DNA from: Candidatus Komeilibacteria bacterium
Lineage (GTDB): Bacteria; Patescibacteriota; Patescibacteriia; UBA1558
Reading direction: 5' to 3'
DNA length: 36,243 nucleotides
NCBI GenBank assembly: GCA_048538275.1
Contig: JBLYPW010000001.1
Coordinates: forward strand, 1-36,243
The notes beneath the pieces are model-generated. The model was not told where the DNA came from, did no database searches, and saw only the letters and a program-made list of their open reading frames with translations. Position 1 is the stretch's first letter. Every line of letters begins with the position of its first letter. The position numbers were made by a program, and so were the translations under genes. Positions 35,700-36,243 of this stretch are shown in pieces.

Positions 35700-36242
35700 A
35701 TGATTATGTTGTCAGTTGGTAAAGTACAAGCTTATATTGGTCATGGTAAGGGCAAGACTACAGCGGCTTTGGGTTTAGCGCTGCGGGCAGCGGGCTGTGG
35801 TTTGCGGGCGGCTATTGTATTTTTTGATAAGGGTGGTGACCATTATAGTGAGCGCCATAGCTTAGCTAAACTGGGTATTGATTGGTGGTCTACGGGCTTG
35901 CCCCGTTTTGACGAGGAAAAGAAAACTTTTCGAATGGGCGTGACCAAAGCAGATCAAGAGGCGGGTCGTCAGGGTTTGGATATAGCGCGCCAGATTCTTC
36001 AAAATAAGAAATATGATATACTGATATTAGATGAGATAAACTCTAGCGTGGCCTTGGATATTGTAGAGTTGCAAGAGGTGATAGCCTTATTAGCGTATAA
36101 ACCAGTAGAGATGGAAGTGGTCATGACTGGCCGAGATGCGCCCGCAGAATTATTAGCCCTAGCTGATTTAGTAACAGAGATGCAACCGCATAAACATTAT
36201 TATCAGCAAGGAGTTGAGGCCAGGGCAGGTATAGAATATTAA
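35700..36242 (+). CDS. btuR: Cob(I)alamin adenosyltransferase (BtuR/CobO/CobA type)
   Basis: Y.G.GKGKTTAALGLALRA.G, YD.LILDEI, E.V.TGR.AP, ADLVTEM...KH and AR.GIEY motifs. Confidence 0.92.
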   Translation: MIMLSVGKVQAYIGHGKGKTTAALGLALRAAGCGLRAAIVFFDKGGDHYSERHSLAKLGIDWWSTGLPRFDEEKKTFRMGVTKADQEAGRQGLDIARQILQNKKYDILILDEINSSVALDIVELQEVIALLAYKPVEMEVVMTGRDAPAELLALADLVTEMQPHKHYYQQGVEARAGIEY

Positions 36243-36243
36243 T

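Overview
AT-rich bacterial chromosome segment using genetic code 11 (TGA serves as a real stop). Gene content and style suggest Patescibacteria/CPR (Parcubacteria/ABY1-like); this is an inference. The left arm lies on the minus strand: rpsO, a NYN-domain gene, pnp, a membrane protein, a dksA/traR-like gene, lspA, a degenerate DHH phosphoesterase and tRNA-Ile(UAU). A XerC/D recombinase follows, then an accessory region punctuated by tRNA-Arg(CCG), tRNA-Arg(TCT) and tRNA-His. The rest is mostly housekeeping: dus, an Nramp-like transporter, DUF5320/DUF134, xth, HAD, valS with an inserted histidine-phosphatase domain, an NMP-kinase-like gene, encapsulin-type ferritin, an ECF sigma module, fur-iscS-nifU, an MBL hydrolase, class II RNR with NrdR boxes, and cob(I)alamin adenosyltransferase. 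Three items stand out. (1) A minimal graspetide-type RiPP locus whose 47-aa precursor (13510-13653) is missing from the ORF track and sits directly upstream of an ATP-grasp ligase. (2) A roughly 360-nt ORF-less, multi-stem transcription unit with its own promoter and terminator (about 3100 to 2737, minus strand), a candidate novel ncRNA. (3) A protein with a eukaryote-like Janus/Ocnus (PHPT1) phosphohistidine-phosphatase domain. Also notable are 59-nt tandem units that duplicate the 5' end of tRNA-Arg(TCT). All family calls come from motif recognition by eye; no searches were run.
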